Assembly (NCBI GenBank): GCA_037379345.1
Contig: CM074520.1
Span: 38,412,664 to 38,476,663, forward strand
Direction of reading: 5' to 3'
Length of the DNA: 64,000 nt
Origin: Perna viridis
Taxonomy: Eukaryota
The notes under the pieces were generated by a model. It saw only the letters and a list, made by a program, of their open reading frames with translations. It did no database searches and was not told the DNA's origin. Each line of letters opens with the position of its first letter. Positions within the stretch are counted from its first letter, which is position 1. Shown here one piece after another: positions 25,229 through 39,162 of the stretch. Made by a program: the position numbers and the translations under genes.

Positions 25229-25230
<2 letters not shown>
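25145..25230. mobile_element. Putative transposon terminus (palindrome plus GTCCTCA repeats) abutting (CA)n
   Basis: Perfect palindrome AACTGAGGACGTCCTCAGTT at 25145-25164; GAGTCCTCAA at about 25172 and 25204. Confidence 0.45.

Positions 25231-25267
<37 letters not shown>
25231..25267 (+). repeat. (CA)18 microsatellite
   Basis: Perfect CA run. Confidence 0.98.
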
Positions 25268-25270
<3 letters not shown>

Positions 25271-28200
25271 CCAAAAGTGGAATGTTTACAACTATATTCT
25301 TATACAACGAAATTCATTAGTCGTGTGTTTATGGATTTTGGTAACTTGATATAACCTCTCTCTTTGAAAATTTGTGGACACGTTGATAACGTTTTTAATG
25401 AATAAAACTGATCTGAAAAAGAAAAACGAAGAAAAATGGATAACGAATTTTCTAAAGTACTCCAACAACCAGGATTTATGAAATGAAAATGTGATAATTG
25501 GGAATTATTGTCTCGTGCTCAAGGGTTAATTCTGAGCTGCTTTTAGTTATAAACCTTCATTTCCTTTATCCAAAGCTTCAAATGATTCCATGAATGCTCA
25601 TACAGTTGCATGACAAATAGTTAGTCTGTTTGAAACAGGCTACGTAATCATTGCTGAAAGCGCTGTAATTCAAAAGTTAACCGAAAAAAAATGGATCAGG
25701 AAAATAAAGAATATGAAGTGTTAAATTTGGTTAAATTTCTTTGTATTTGTTTTTCCTTTCTTACAGATGACTACCATTTTTTACGGTAAAGATTATTTAA
25801 TTAAAACTTTTTTTTCTGTTGGAGTACCTACAGTATTACTTTTTCGTAACCTCGCTCCCCATTCTTCAATGTGTACAAAAATGGTAATATGTAGTCACCG
25901 TTTCCGAATCGTTTGATAATAAGCATTGACATCTCTAAAACAGAGACACGTTAACTCTTCTCATAGGACAATAAATATATATTGTTGATACATCCATAAA
26001 TGTGTTAGGTTCCGAAAGCTGTCTTTTAAAATATACTCCCACTACATTTTGTTAGGTGACCGTACACCTTACATTTATATATAGGAACCTAAATTGCCGA
26101 TGACCATATTTTTAATAGTATAAAACAAATCACTATTTACGATCGTTAAATACAAAACAAGCCCATGTATCGCCTAACATTAAGCAAAAGCCTGGCGAGA
26201 ATATAACGATAAATAAACATGTACTAATAATTTCCAATCGTCATTGAAAAAGAAAAATCAAAGTCCTTTTGTACTGAATTAATTTACATTGACTTTTTTC
26301 AGTTGCCTTAAAAAGACTGACTTCTTGGTTATTAAAACATTTCAACCATTATTGTATGGTAATACTGTAAAGTTCCAACATTGTTGTCCCAACTTATACA
26401 ACGGAGGCAATTACTCACACTTGTACACAATATTCATACTTTTGTAGTGACTTAAGCGTATGATTTTTAAAGTATACAATCTGAGTTTTATTTTGACCAC
26501 ATTTGAACAATACATACTCAGATAATCCATTTACAATGCATTATTCAAGAATAAGTATGTATAAGTACTACTCAGTAGGGTGACCATTTGATGTAGTAGT
26601 GACTATCGAGACTTTTGCTTTGGGATACTTTATAATTATGTCCCTTTGAATTTTCCTATGTTCATGAAAATCGCCATTTTATTTTGTTTTCAACTAATTT
26701 CATTGATGAAAAAAATAGTTTCACCAATTTTGTGTTGTGTATTCTTTTAAAGGATCAGGACATATTTGTTCCAAGATACACATCGTATCAGATATGCATA
26801 TAATACTTTTTCTCGTAAGTTCGTTTAGAGTACAGATGTATACCTTTACTGAACTACATCGAACATTTTATTGTGTACGTTTTATTATAGACTATGGCCA
26901 GTATGATTAAGTGAAATAAACACATAAAACAGATTAGAACTAATTGAGTTATTTGCTTCAAATTAAATGGTGTTTCAGGACAAGTAAAACATATATATCA
27001 TACACACATTTATTTAAAAAAAAGGCTTTTTGAGACATTTCATTTAAACATTTTGAAAAAAAGTAGCGAGAAATGTAGTAAAGAAAAAATACAACACTTA
27101 ACATACATATACACTGGTCCTTGTGACACATACGGTACTATTATAATAAATCGGAGTATAATAAATAATAGTGTGAGTTAAAAAAAAAACACACACAAGC
27201 AAACGTAAAATAACATTTAAGACTGAAAAATGCCAATGTTCAATACAGACATGATATTATGAACAGTTTTTTTTTATTATTCTGCATTGATATATATATC
27301 AAACAACACAATTTTTAAATAAGATACGTTATGATCAAACCCATTAGGCTATAGGCAAGTTGAATAATTACGAAAATGCCATGTTTTTCGTCAAAAAGTT
27401 ATGCAAATACATGCGTATGATTTAAATATGTGCACAATCCTTGTAATATGTATCCCCATCCTATTATACAATTGACCCACTCCCATTTGTTATAACGTTG
27501 CGTACGTTGTTGGTGTCACATACGACTGAACCGGGGGCTGGTTAGGAAAAAGTTAAATGTTGCTGTTAGAGTGTGGAGTTGTCAAAGGAAATATAGATAT
27601 TAAAATGTTCGAAAATGGTTATTGTTTAAGAATTGTTATCATAAATCTTTGAAAGATGCCATTAATTGTGGATGAAAACAATAGTCGATCACAACAACGT
27701 CCATTTTCATATGTGGACGGATAACATTAAGAAATGCCTGCTTCACATTTCACCAATATATCTAAGTTGTTTCTTGATGTATTATCATTAGACAAACTTT
27801 TTTATGGAAAGAGCAATTTGTGTTTTTCAGGACGTAATAATAAGCGTATTACAATATTACAAATGTCTCCCCTTTGATGTGGACAATGCAATAATAGAAA
27901 TAAATCTATTTGAAGACAAAATGTTGACATTTTTGTCTTTAAATTATGCGAAAAGCTTTTTTTTTATCGGGTCTTTTATTAAATATTTTGACAATGTATT
28001 ACCTTACCACAATGAACATATATAAAATGTTCAATCACTCTTTTTGTTAAAAGCCTTCTTGTCCGTATTTCAATTATATCACAAATCTTAATCTTTTCGA
28101 CGCTGGCCATTGGCTACTTTCTTGCTTACGGTTGTAAAATATAACAACGAATAGTATTTTTTACCAAAGTATATTCTCGCTTAAAAGACTATATAATTAT

Positions 28201-28662
28201 TCAGAATATCATGTATATTCTAAAAATAATGAGTTTTATTGTCTAATAGTAGATAATTACGCACGTATGTTGTGATGTCACGTTGTCTTTTTCCCAACGT
28301 TTTCTTCACTTTGCGTGCTAGCCAGTCTTTATCAAAAGCTTCTTTTGTTAGCTTTGAGTGAACTTATAACTATGAACTTTTGAGATTTACATGTATATAA
28401 GCTGCAGTTAGTATATTCTAAAAATAATGGTACTTGGTGAAACATGTATCTTAGCGCAGCATTTTGTCTGTGTCTGACCAAAATGTCACAACATCTAGAA
28501 TTGGTATTTTATTTATTCACGCGTACAGCATGTGAAATTCGAAAGAATTGTTCAAAAAGGGAAATGGTGTTAAGTAGATTTCTTCATATACTAAAAAAAG
28601 TTTTAATCCTCTATGATTTTATCTTTTATCAATTTTTTCTTTGGCTTAACAAATGGGTTAAA

Positions 28663-28972
28663 CACTCCGTGAGACGTCCACGTTTCCCATTTCGTTCGTG
28701 CATCGTCTATCGTGTGTTTACACGTCGTTTTGCGTTCGTTTAAACGCACGATAAACGCACGTTAGAAGCGTTCATTTAAACGCACGATAAACGCACGTTA
28801 GAAGCGTTCATTTAAACGCACGATAAAAGCGTTCGTTTATCGTACGTTTAAATGCTCGATAGGAGTGTTCGTTTAAACGCATGATAGAAGAGTTCGTTTA
28901 TCGTGCGTTTGGTGAGCGTTTGGCGATCGTTTAGGTTTCGTGCTTGAGGAAACCTAAACGCCTCAAGGAGTG
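28663..28972. mobile_element. MITE with CACTCC termini and internal AAACGCACG repeats
   Basis: CACTCCGTGAGACGT ... ACGCCTCAAGGAGTG; 36-bp tandem unit at about 28740-28830. Confidence 0.7.
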
Positions 28973-31487
28973 TATATATATGTAAAACCGTGTCTAACAA
29001 ATATATCACAAAGCACAGTTTTGACGCTTCCAAAATAACGTTCTGTTTTGCGACATACAAACTCTTTTAACGTCAATTTTAAAAACAATAAAAAATATTG
29101 AAGAGGTACGAACCTAGATTAAATTAATATGACTGTGGATGTAAGGATTAAAGAAAAAATACGATTTTTGCGAATCTTATCAAATAATGAAAGAAATATT
29201 GAAAAGTAAACAGGAAAAAGAAAGCCCTTCCTCTTGCGCGCACTCCTGTCTGTTCATATGCAATGATGTCCGGATGAAATCGGGATCAACGTGTCTTCAT
29301 CAAAGTATTTTGAAGTTTGTAGACACGCGCTTACACCTTCGCTAGTGAAATATTGTAAAAGCACCACATATCTTGCACCTGTCTAAATTATAAGAAACAG
29401 ACAATTTTATTCTACGGTGATATTAAAGTTTAGGTTCTGATATGTTGCAATTTTAGTGTAATTGCAATTTTGCTGAATCAGCATGTTTAATTGTTACATA
29501 GAATTGAAGGCTTTGCGCGTGTGTCGGTAATAATTCACAACTATTGCTATTTGTTAATTTTCAATCGTTAAACACTGAAGAGATTTTACAGACATTTGAC
29601 TATTATATGTATTTACATATTTCAACAATAATTAAATATCGAGTTGTGGGTGCCATTTTCCTATCTTACTGCAAATTCCACGATAAATGAAAAAAATGCA
29701 ATGGTTGATATTTTCATCCCGGTGAGGTTGTTGTCTCTTTAACATACACACCATACCTATTTTCGTTATATGTATTATTGTATAAATGATGATAAGTTTG
29801 GTAAGGTCTTTTACTCCCTCCCCCTTTTAATTTATGTGTTTTTGTTTTCTTTTAATTCAATACAGTATTATGCACGTTCATACTACGATGGTGAATTTAC
29901 AAATAAATTTGGAATCAATGCCTCTATAAAGGTTTATACACGTAGAAAACACAACAATCCATGAGTATATATTCAAAGATAGTTCACTGTATCGACGCTA
30001 GTGCATACCAAACATTGAAAACGAACAAGATTTTTGAATAGCCTTCCATTTACAATGAAACATATACGGATTTTTCATCAATGAAAGATATGATGAAAAA
30101 CATACACTCACTTTGTTGGGACCAAAGGGTATACTGATATAGAAGGTATTGCTTTGTTGTCTACCTTTTCAATAAATTCGTTTGAAATGTAGCAGACCGT
30201 TCCTAATATTTAAACATAAACAAACATGCTTGACGAAACCAAACGAATACTTGATAACAATAAGAGAAAGTAATGGCATTTGCTCGTTTCTGGAAAGTTT
30301 CTTTATCTTTAATTGCGTTTTGTTCTCGACACTGACAGAAAGTTGTTATGAGTGCGTTTATAAAACGTTGGACACCCGTTTATGTATATTGCAAGGACAA
30401 AAGTGTTAAGTGGTATACCGGTAACTATCATTATATAAGTATGATGTGATTGTTAATGGTTAGAGATTACAAAGGGCAGTTGTCGCGCCGATCTATGAGG
30501 GTATGGAAAATGGGTGTGTAATTTACATGCACATGAGAGAACGTAAAAGTCTCTTTAAAATAAAAAAAAATGTATCGTCCATGATAAAAGTGGAGTGGAA
30601 GCAGATGACTGAAAAAAAAAAGAAAAAAAAATTGTGAAACGCACATTCTTCCAAACAAAAACCGCGGGCGTATTGTCTGCCCTGAACAGGTTTGTTGATA
30701 AAGGTTACCAATTTCAATTATTTGATTATTCTTTGAACCTTATTTTACAAATAGAGATATTAGTCCCCTAAATGCATTACCACATAAAAAAACTGTCTTT
30801 TTTGACATTGTATGACATCACATTTTGTCTTTGTAGTACTTATTTTCACTACTCCAAATCAAGTTTGCTGGAAATATGAAACTAAAACTTTTGATGATAA
30901 TTGCATTCTTCAATATATTCTGAGCTTTTTTTTTCACTAACTGTGAAACTTTTAAGTGGATATCCCAGCTTGTCTATATGGTGTATATTTAGGTATTCCA
31001 CCAGCTGTATAAATGATTGAACAGTATGGCGTGTTTATTTGTTGTTTCCGTTCATTTTTTTTATCTTTCATTTTGCTACAATTATGTATGAAGTCTTTGA
31101 GACCACAATTGTGGTTGATTTTCGATTGCTATATGAGCAAAACGATATTGGGTGTGGCTAATGTGTGTGTGAATACTGCCCACTTTGAATGATATAAACA
31201 AACACACGAAACATGTTGATGTGTAACAGATGTTTTCATTCATTTCATGAATAAACATCAAACACATATTTCATCAAAAATATTAAACTTTATGTTTTAG
31301 AAAAGTTATATTATATTCCTGAAAAATCACTTACACACGTACACGGTAGCATGGCCACGCGCGTAATCATGTACGAAAACAGACAAAAACAATCGTCGAT
31401 GAATGAAACATTGTACATGTCCATATTTAGTACACCGCGACATTATTATGCAAACAACTATTGTCATATCTAACATCCTTCTACTTT

Positions 31488-31675
31488 CTGTAAAAGTACT
31501 TTAATACATAGATCAGGGAAGAAACAGAAGTTCATGGATTCCTGAATTCGTGGTTTTGAGGTTTTCAGTACACACATCAATGGAAATCTACTATTCGTTG
31601 GGAACTAAATTTCGTGAAATTTCCTGCCTAAGAAAACCACAAAAATTGGTACCACGAATAATAGTACTTTCACAG
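31488..31675. mobile_element. Short Tc1/pogo-type MITE remnant
   Basis: CTGTAAAAGTACT ... AGTACTTTCACAG(TA); internal AATTCGTGG/CCACGAA motifs. Confidence 0.55.
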
Positions 31676-33289
31676 TAATTCACTCTTTCCTTCATAATAT
31701 ATAATACAAAGGACTAGTTCTTATTTTCACTGATAAACGACCATTTCAAGAGACAATACGAAAAGTGTACAGCCAAATAATGACAAATATGGGAGTGTAA
31801 GTTTATTATTAAAGGTCACGAAAATGTTGTCCTATTAAAAACAAAATTAATCACAGAAACTTGAGTTTGTCATTAATTCACTATGGACTGACAATTTATC
31901 GGTATTTACCAAAAATATTAGTAAATTAATGATAAACTAGTGTTTCGTGATTTATTTCTTAATTAGTCTTCTAAGGTGTGTATATATATTCTTTGTAGGA
32001 TCCTCCCAGGGTACTGGCACGTTTCTCCCAGTTTCCTTGTTATGGTCATCAAAACATGGCGTGGTAAACACATAAAAACCAATACACATCAATCAGAACT
32101 TTATAGATCTGGTATAAGCCTTTATGAGGATGCTGCTTATATTCATTCGTAGAGTTTCATTGTTTACATTTAATGATTTTGGACAAGAATGATGTCTAGC
32201 TTGTTAAGGTTTAGTGTATCCTGGCGATGTCTTTACACTTACACCTCGACTTTTTATTTTTATATTAGCATTGCTGCTTGGAAGATTAATAGTATCTACA
32301 AACTATTGTTTTCAGGTGAAGTAAGATGAATTTCCATTGTACGTTGTTGCTTTTATTTGTACCTGTGGATTTGAATTCGTTTATTCTGCTGTATAAATGT
32401 GATCATACTTCCTTTAAAAAAAACTAATTGAATAATACAGGGCTACACGTGCTACAAACTTTCATTTATGAAGAGTAATATCATTGAATGCAAAATTGGC
32501 CAAAGGATAATTAAGCCAATTGCAGCATGCTTCTTTTGCCATTCGAGCTATTTGTGTCATAAATCCAGTATCTATAAGCTTCTATAAGGATTTTCCTTAT
32601 ATCATTTGAAATTTAATAAGTTAACTTTTCTAATTTACTCTTTGGTACAAAAATTGTAAGGTTGTGTCGTGTGACATGCTCAAATATCAAATCTTTATTA
32701 AAACCTTTTCTATTGTTCGGTTCTCTGAAAATGAAAGTGTTTATTTTTACTAACCTTTACCAAATGGAGAGCTTAAACGAGCTTATTCGAGGAAAACCCT
32801 TATATTATAAAGAACATGCTTGAAACATTAAGAGTAATCACACATCTACAATCATTTGAAAGTATGCTTTCAACTTTGTTTGAAGGATTATTGCCTTCAT
32901 GGAAAATGAACCATCAAATAAAATGAATTCAAATCTATTGAAATTGAGGAGACATATACTACGAAATGATATATTTATGAACAAAAGAAGAATGTTAGTT
33001 TAAACGTAATTAAACAAATATGCACAACTTTAAAAGCAAAAATGCATGGTGAAAAGGGATTCATATTTTATAGTAATACCCAAACCTTTACACTCAATAT
33101 TTCATATTATGATATCCAATATGCAGTTTAATCCTGTAACAAAACACATTACCTATGACCAGTATGCAGGTCACCTTTACATAAAGTTGTTCAGTTGTCA
33201 GTGTATTCCAATCAATGGTAATTAAATCAAACTTTGTAGTTTTATCTTGATATGTCATACAAACCTTTCAATTGACAGTGTTAAATAAA

Positions 33290-36065
33290 TCTATGTCACG
33301 TCGTGGTAATTTAACTGAAAGTTCCGATGGAAATAATGTTAATGATGATTAGGAAATTCTGAAATTATTTTCCGGCTTTTCACACCAGTCACGAAAATCG
33401 AACACTGCAAGGGAAGTTGCAACAGTTTAAAAGGTCAGTGATAATATTCAAATGGAGGCTACACCGGTATGATACCAGTGTTAATGAAAGCGGAAAATCT
33501 CAAATCAAAAACTGGAGATTTTAAACAGATGAGATGTGTCTAAAGCTATTACTATTATTTTTAATGTTCATTTGGAACTTTTTGTCACGAGGAAGATGAG
33601 TCTTAAACCATTCAAAGATACCAAAAAAGTTTCATCAGTTCTGCAACCACAATGAAGAGATAGGTATCAATCTTTTTGGAGATGATATAGGAAAGAAATT
33701 GAATCATATTAATGAGGCAAAAAAGTTAAACAAAAATATCTCAAGTGTAAGAGTAAGAGGCAGAGGATATGGCCAATATCATACACAACAGCAGAACAGT
33801 TTTTTTGTTAAGAAGAAGAGACGAATGCCGTCAAAATTATCAGTCAAAGAACACAATTCGCAAGAGACAGAGGCCAAAGCAGGTTTACATGCAGTCAAAA
33901 GAAAAAGTTTTAAAGGTGAGAAAATGTATCAAGTGTAAAAATACAACAGGTAATTTGAAGAATGTTTTCTTTAAATGTAATAACGTTACAACTGATAAAT
34001 GGGTGTTATCAACTGTAAAAGAATATAAAACTGAGTTTGAAAAATGTCCACATCAAACTAAAACTGTGCCTCCCAATTCAAATGATGCTGAAAAAGTTTC
34101 GATTCAGAAAGAGGTAAATGACATGTTGAGTAAAGGAACAATCATGAGGTACTTCAAGAAGAAAATTAATTTATTTCTAATATTTTTTTGGTAAAAAAAT
34201 TGAAAGTACAGATCAGTTATAAATTTGAAAAAAAAACAAATGAGTTTGTCTCTTATCATTTTAAACAAGAGAATTTAGATGTTATCCTTAAAGGAATAAA
34301 AAGGGACAGTTATTTTACTTCTTTAGATTTAATTGACACCTTTTTTTCGATTGCAATAGATGAGACTGCTAGAAAATTTTTAAAATTTATTTTGAATGAT
34401 GAGCTTTAACTTTTCCAATGTCTTCTTTTTGGCCAGGCATCTTCGTCTCGCGTTTTCACTACAGTGCTCAAAGTTCCCTTGATTACTCTCTTACATAGAT
34501 GACTCATTGGTACAGGCAGGTGGTTATGGATGTAGTGTCCAAATTACAGGGTAGGTCAAATCATTTATTGAACCTGTTGGCGCTCATATCAATTATGGAA
34601 AATCGGATTTTATTATACCTCAGATAATTATCTTTTTAGGATATATTATTGATTCAATTCTGTTCAAAGTTTTTCTACCAAATGATAAGATACAGAAAAT
34701 TATTGAAATGTCAACATTGATTTTAAGGAATTCAAAAGTGTTAATAAGAGATGTAGCAAAGCTTATAGGGTTATATTCTAGTGTCCGGTATGCCATAACA
34801 AATGCTCATCTTTTTCATAGGTATTTGGATATTGTTGAAACTCAAGCCTTATAAGATTCAAACAATGATTACATTTTTTATGTCCTTAACTGATAGGAGT
34901 AAAGACAAAATGCAATGGTGGCTAGACAACATTTAATTAGAAAATGATAGAGCTATAAAAAGAGAGTCTTCTAGTCATTATCTGCACTCCGATGCATCCA
35001 TGGATGGCTGGGGTGTTTTTGGAAAGTCATTTTCTACTCAAGGTCGCTGGAATCGACAAGAGTAGAAAATGAATGCATTTAAATGTATTCGAACTAAAAA
35101 CTGTTTTATTTGGTCTGATTTCTCTGTGTTAACATATGAATGGAGTTCATATCCAAATAAAATCAGATAGTTCTACAGGTACTATATAAATAATCAAGGT
35201 GGTTCAGTGTTATCTGTGTTAGAAATTACTAAATACATTTGATTTTGATGTATAAATAAAAGAAACTATTTATATCTGCAGTATATTTTCCAGGAAAGGA
35301 AAAAGTGGTACCTGATAATTTATCAAGGTGTTTGAAAGATACCTCAGAGTGGAGACTGAAGCTTCAATATTTAGAAAAATATGACTCATTTGTTTAATAT
35401 TTTTTGTAGCAGAAATAGATTTGTTTACTTCTAGACCTGTTTGTAAGTTGATATCCCAGTCCTCATGCTTGGGCTACTGATGCTCTTTCAATTACATTGC
35501 GATTTATCAATCCATATATTTTTCTTCCTTTCAGTCAGATCAGCAGAGTTTTGATCAAGATCAAGGAGTACAAGGTAAGAAAAGCAATTATAATAGTACC
35601 AATGTGGACCACTCAGATGTGGCTTCCAATAGTTTTAGAATCATTTATAGCTTCTCTTATAAAGTTGCCACCGTGCTCGGATTTACTAACATTAGTACAC
35701 AACAAGCAAAAATGTTCTTTGTTGTGTATATCTGTTTTCCATGTCTGGTTTTTGTGCCTGGATTATATTCTTTTGAATACCACTATAACCTTGGTTTCCT
35801 TGATTACTCTTTCAGGCAAACAAACAAACATTATATTTCATTCTTGAAAAAAGTCCACCAATATCCAATATGAATATGTTTGGAGAAAATGGTATTGTGG
35901 TGTCATAAACGACAGCCTGATTCCCTTGCTTCACATATGAGTTTGTTTTTAGATTATTTATCCGTCTTATTTCAAGAGGGAAAGTCTTACAGCTATATTA
36001 ATTCACATAAATCTGCAATATTATCAGACACTGACAATGAGTGGGATCGATAGTTTTCAAACAAA
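33290..36065 (+). mobile_element. Decayed DIRS1-like tyrosine-recombinase retrotransposon (gag-RT-RNaseH-MT-start of YR), 3'-truncated
   Basis: Gag-like LFGDDIGKKL. RT: TTDKWVLSTVKEY, HFKQENL, SLDLIDTFFSI, LFG.ASS.RVFT, YIDD near 34495. RNase H: HSDASMDGWG, SDSST, YINNQGG. Methyltransferase-like: DLFTS, YIFLPFSQISRVLIKI..IIVPMW. YR N-terminus: KKSTNIQYEYVWRKW, GKSYSYINSHKSAI. Confidence 0.9.
35712..35812 (+). mobile_element. Penelope pseudo-LTR 3' fragment nested in the DIRS element
   Basis: Matches the reverse complement of 52630-52730 and 57243-57345. Confidence 0.85.
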
Positions 36066-36211
36066 TATTACGGCGAGATTCTAAAATTAATATTGATTGC
36101 ACAAAACTTTCTACATCCTAATGCATTATATGTGTTTGATAAAACATTTACTTTACTTTTTTTTTTCTTTTCGGAATGGGAGAAGGCATTGGACAACGGA
36201 AAATAAGTCGA

Positions 36212-36305
36212 TGCAATGGGGGATGGAGCAATGGGGAATGGGGCTATGGGGAATGGGGTATGGGGCAATAGGGAACGGGGGATGGGGCAATGAGGTATGG
36301 GCAAG
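36212..36305 (+). repeat. G-rich minisatellite (GCAATGGGGAATGGG-like)
   Basis: Repeated GGGGAAT/GGGGCAAT units. Confidence 0.75.
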
Positions 36306-37099
36306 TGGAAAGTTTATCTTATACAGGGACTGAAGCATCTGTGACGTAAATATTTGTTAACTGCTTATATAGAGAAAGAGTGTAGGAAAATTTTCCGTAG
36401 TGCATTTCAGCTAAATTTGACCTATCAATATCTTTAAAAAAATTACAAACACTTTCATGGTTATTTCTCGTGGTTATCATGTATAATTAATTGGTCAATG
36501 CAATAAAATCTCTGCGTTTTTTTTTCCTGTATGTGCTACGCCTTATATACATTTTTCCCGATTCTTAGACGAAAAAGTACTTAATAATCAACTGAAATCA
36601 TAGAGACGTTCATTCCATTGAATCCTTTAAAGAATTCCAACCATTTTCGGACTTGTTTAGATAAACAAATGTTGTTTCCCCATGTTTATCTACTATTTAG
36701 TAGTCATTGATATTTACAGCAGTCATGTACAGGTGTATTTCACTTTTATTCCTGTTCTTGAATTGTTAATGTTATTTACCACGCATGGAAAATGGTTAAA
36801 GACTAAATTCAAAAGAGAAAAACAAATATGTAAAAAAAGAGACAGCAAATATGTTATGAATTGATTATCTGGTAACCTACCAATGCAATGTATTTCAGTG
36901 GTCATAATATGAAGTGGTAAAACATGTTTTGTCACAATCATACTGTATAAATAATTCTGCTTCATTATATATTGAAGAAATCATACAATTCGACATTTTG
37001 CACGTTACTTTCTATATAAGATATACATAGTATATCTCTAGTGCAACTAAATAAATTGTGCGAGATATTTCGTTTAGTTTTTTGCCCAACTGTACAAAT

Positions 37100-37262
37100 N
37101 NNNNNNNNNNNNNNNNNNNNNNNNNNNNNNNNNNNNNNNNNNNNNNNNNNNNNNNNNNNNNNNNNNNNNNNNNNNNNNNNNNNNNNNNNNNNNNNNNNNN
37201 NNNNNNNNNNNNNNNNNNNNNNNNNNNNNNNNNNNNNNNNNNNNNNNNNNNNNNNNNNNNNN
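37100..37262. other. Assembly gap (163 N)
   Basis: Run of N. Confidence 0.99.
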
Positions 37263-38948
37263 AAATGTTTCAATCAATGCATTGTGTGTCTATGACAAAT
37301 ACATTTTGTCTAACACAACGGTAAAAAAATATAGCATCAGTCATTTTTTGGTCAATATTACCAAAATGAAATGTTTATGTAGAACTATGTCAACACTTTT
37401 TAGGTTTAGCCAAAAAAAATGTCGATGTCAACGCTTTTAATGTTGAGTTAGACAAAAAATGTATTCCATCTTTTTCCATTGCGGTAGACAAAATGTGTCT
37501 AACGCATATAAGCATAGTGTTAGACTTTTTGTGTCCTTCTCAACACTAAATTTGCTTTGATTTTTTTAAGGCAACCTACTTTTGTGTCGACTCTGACAAA
37601 TTGTGTTTTTAATGAAGTTGATATGGTCAAAATATGACTAAGCAAAACGAAAAAAGCGTTTAAGTAGTCTATATTTGTATTCATCAATAATATGTTGACT
37701 GTACATGGTCACTACATTAAATATTCCAGCTAGCAGTTACATTCTTTTAAGGCTTAATATTTATGTACGTGTACATACTTGTCACTGGCGTTCTAATTAT
37801 GAAATGAAAAATCACGCAACCTGTTTAACATGATTTTCGATGAACCCGAGAATCAGATTAAAAGATCTCAGGTAGATTATGGCAATCAGACTAATAAACA
37901 AGTGAATCACGTTTAATTAACAAATACAGGTGATAATCAAACTAGATGCTATGTTATTTACGGGTACACACGAAATTTTACCGGAATTACATACGTTGAA
38001 CACGATTGGGATTATTACATGTACATGCTGTAGTTACTATCGGTAGTTAATCTAAACATTATTTTTATATTGTTTATACCTCTTTTGTTATCTGTCCAGA
38101 GACAGAATTAGTGATCTCGGGTATTTATAACCTCGTCTTAAAAATATCATTGTCTAAAAATATCCAGAGATAATCAAATACTAGTATTATACTCAGTCAG
38201 AATCTGAGCCGTAGCAAAAACATATTCATAACAAATAATAACAGTATATATCTGGTCCTGTTCTTCTAATTCAAAAAGGCTTCTAATGCGTTTCCGATTT
38301 CCTCCATACATGTAATAGACACATTTTTCTTGTATTAACACCGCAAAAAATGAAGACTAATCTGAGGAATCAAGTGGCAAAAATATACTGAAAGAGTCCA
38401 TCGCTCAAAATCTAATAGTCTGGCCATTCGATTAAGAAATTATCCTCATTCTCAACGTTACAAGTTGTACAGTATATTGCCATAAATGAAAATACAAAGT
38501 CGTTTGATTTTTTTTAACAGAATTACCGAATTCCAGTCAGCGTTTAACCCTTCATATATGTTGGTATTATAGGTTAAAGGGGTGTGATTAAACATTATGT
38601 ATTGAATACACCTATGACTTATAAAAGAAAAAGACATCAAAACATTTAAATACATGCAAGTCCCTTGTGCTGGCGGTTTTGGCGTCCTTAACAATCATAG
38701 CTTGCGTTTGAATCTTACCGTGGCAAATTCTAGACTACAGCAAATGATGAAATTTATTTTGCAATGAGCACATTTCTTGTTTTGTTAACTGTTTAATTAT
38801 CCGAAAACTAGTACCAAAAATATGTGCTTCGTTTCACCAATAAAATAAATGCCATAACGTTTTTGTTATTATAAAATATATTGTGTTAAGTTAATTGAAG
38901 ACTGCCTACATCCTTACCAACTTACCCGAATACTATTGTCAAGCAAAG

Positions 38949-39162
38949 NNNNNNNNNNNNNNNNNNNNNNNNNNNNNNNNNNNNNNNNNNNNNNNNNNNN
39001 NNNNNNNNNNNNNNNNNNNNNNNNNNNNNNNNNNNNNNNNNNNNNNNNNNNNNNNNNNNNNNNNNNNNNNNNNNNNNNNNNNNNNNNNNNNNNNNNNNNN
39101 NNNNNNNNNNNNNNNNNNNNNNNNNNNNNNNNNNNNNNNNNNNNNNNNNNNNNNNNNNNNNN
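38949..39162. other. Assembly gap (214 N)
   Basis: Run of N. Confidence 0.99.
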
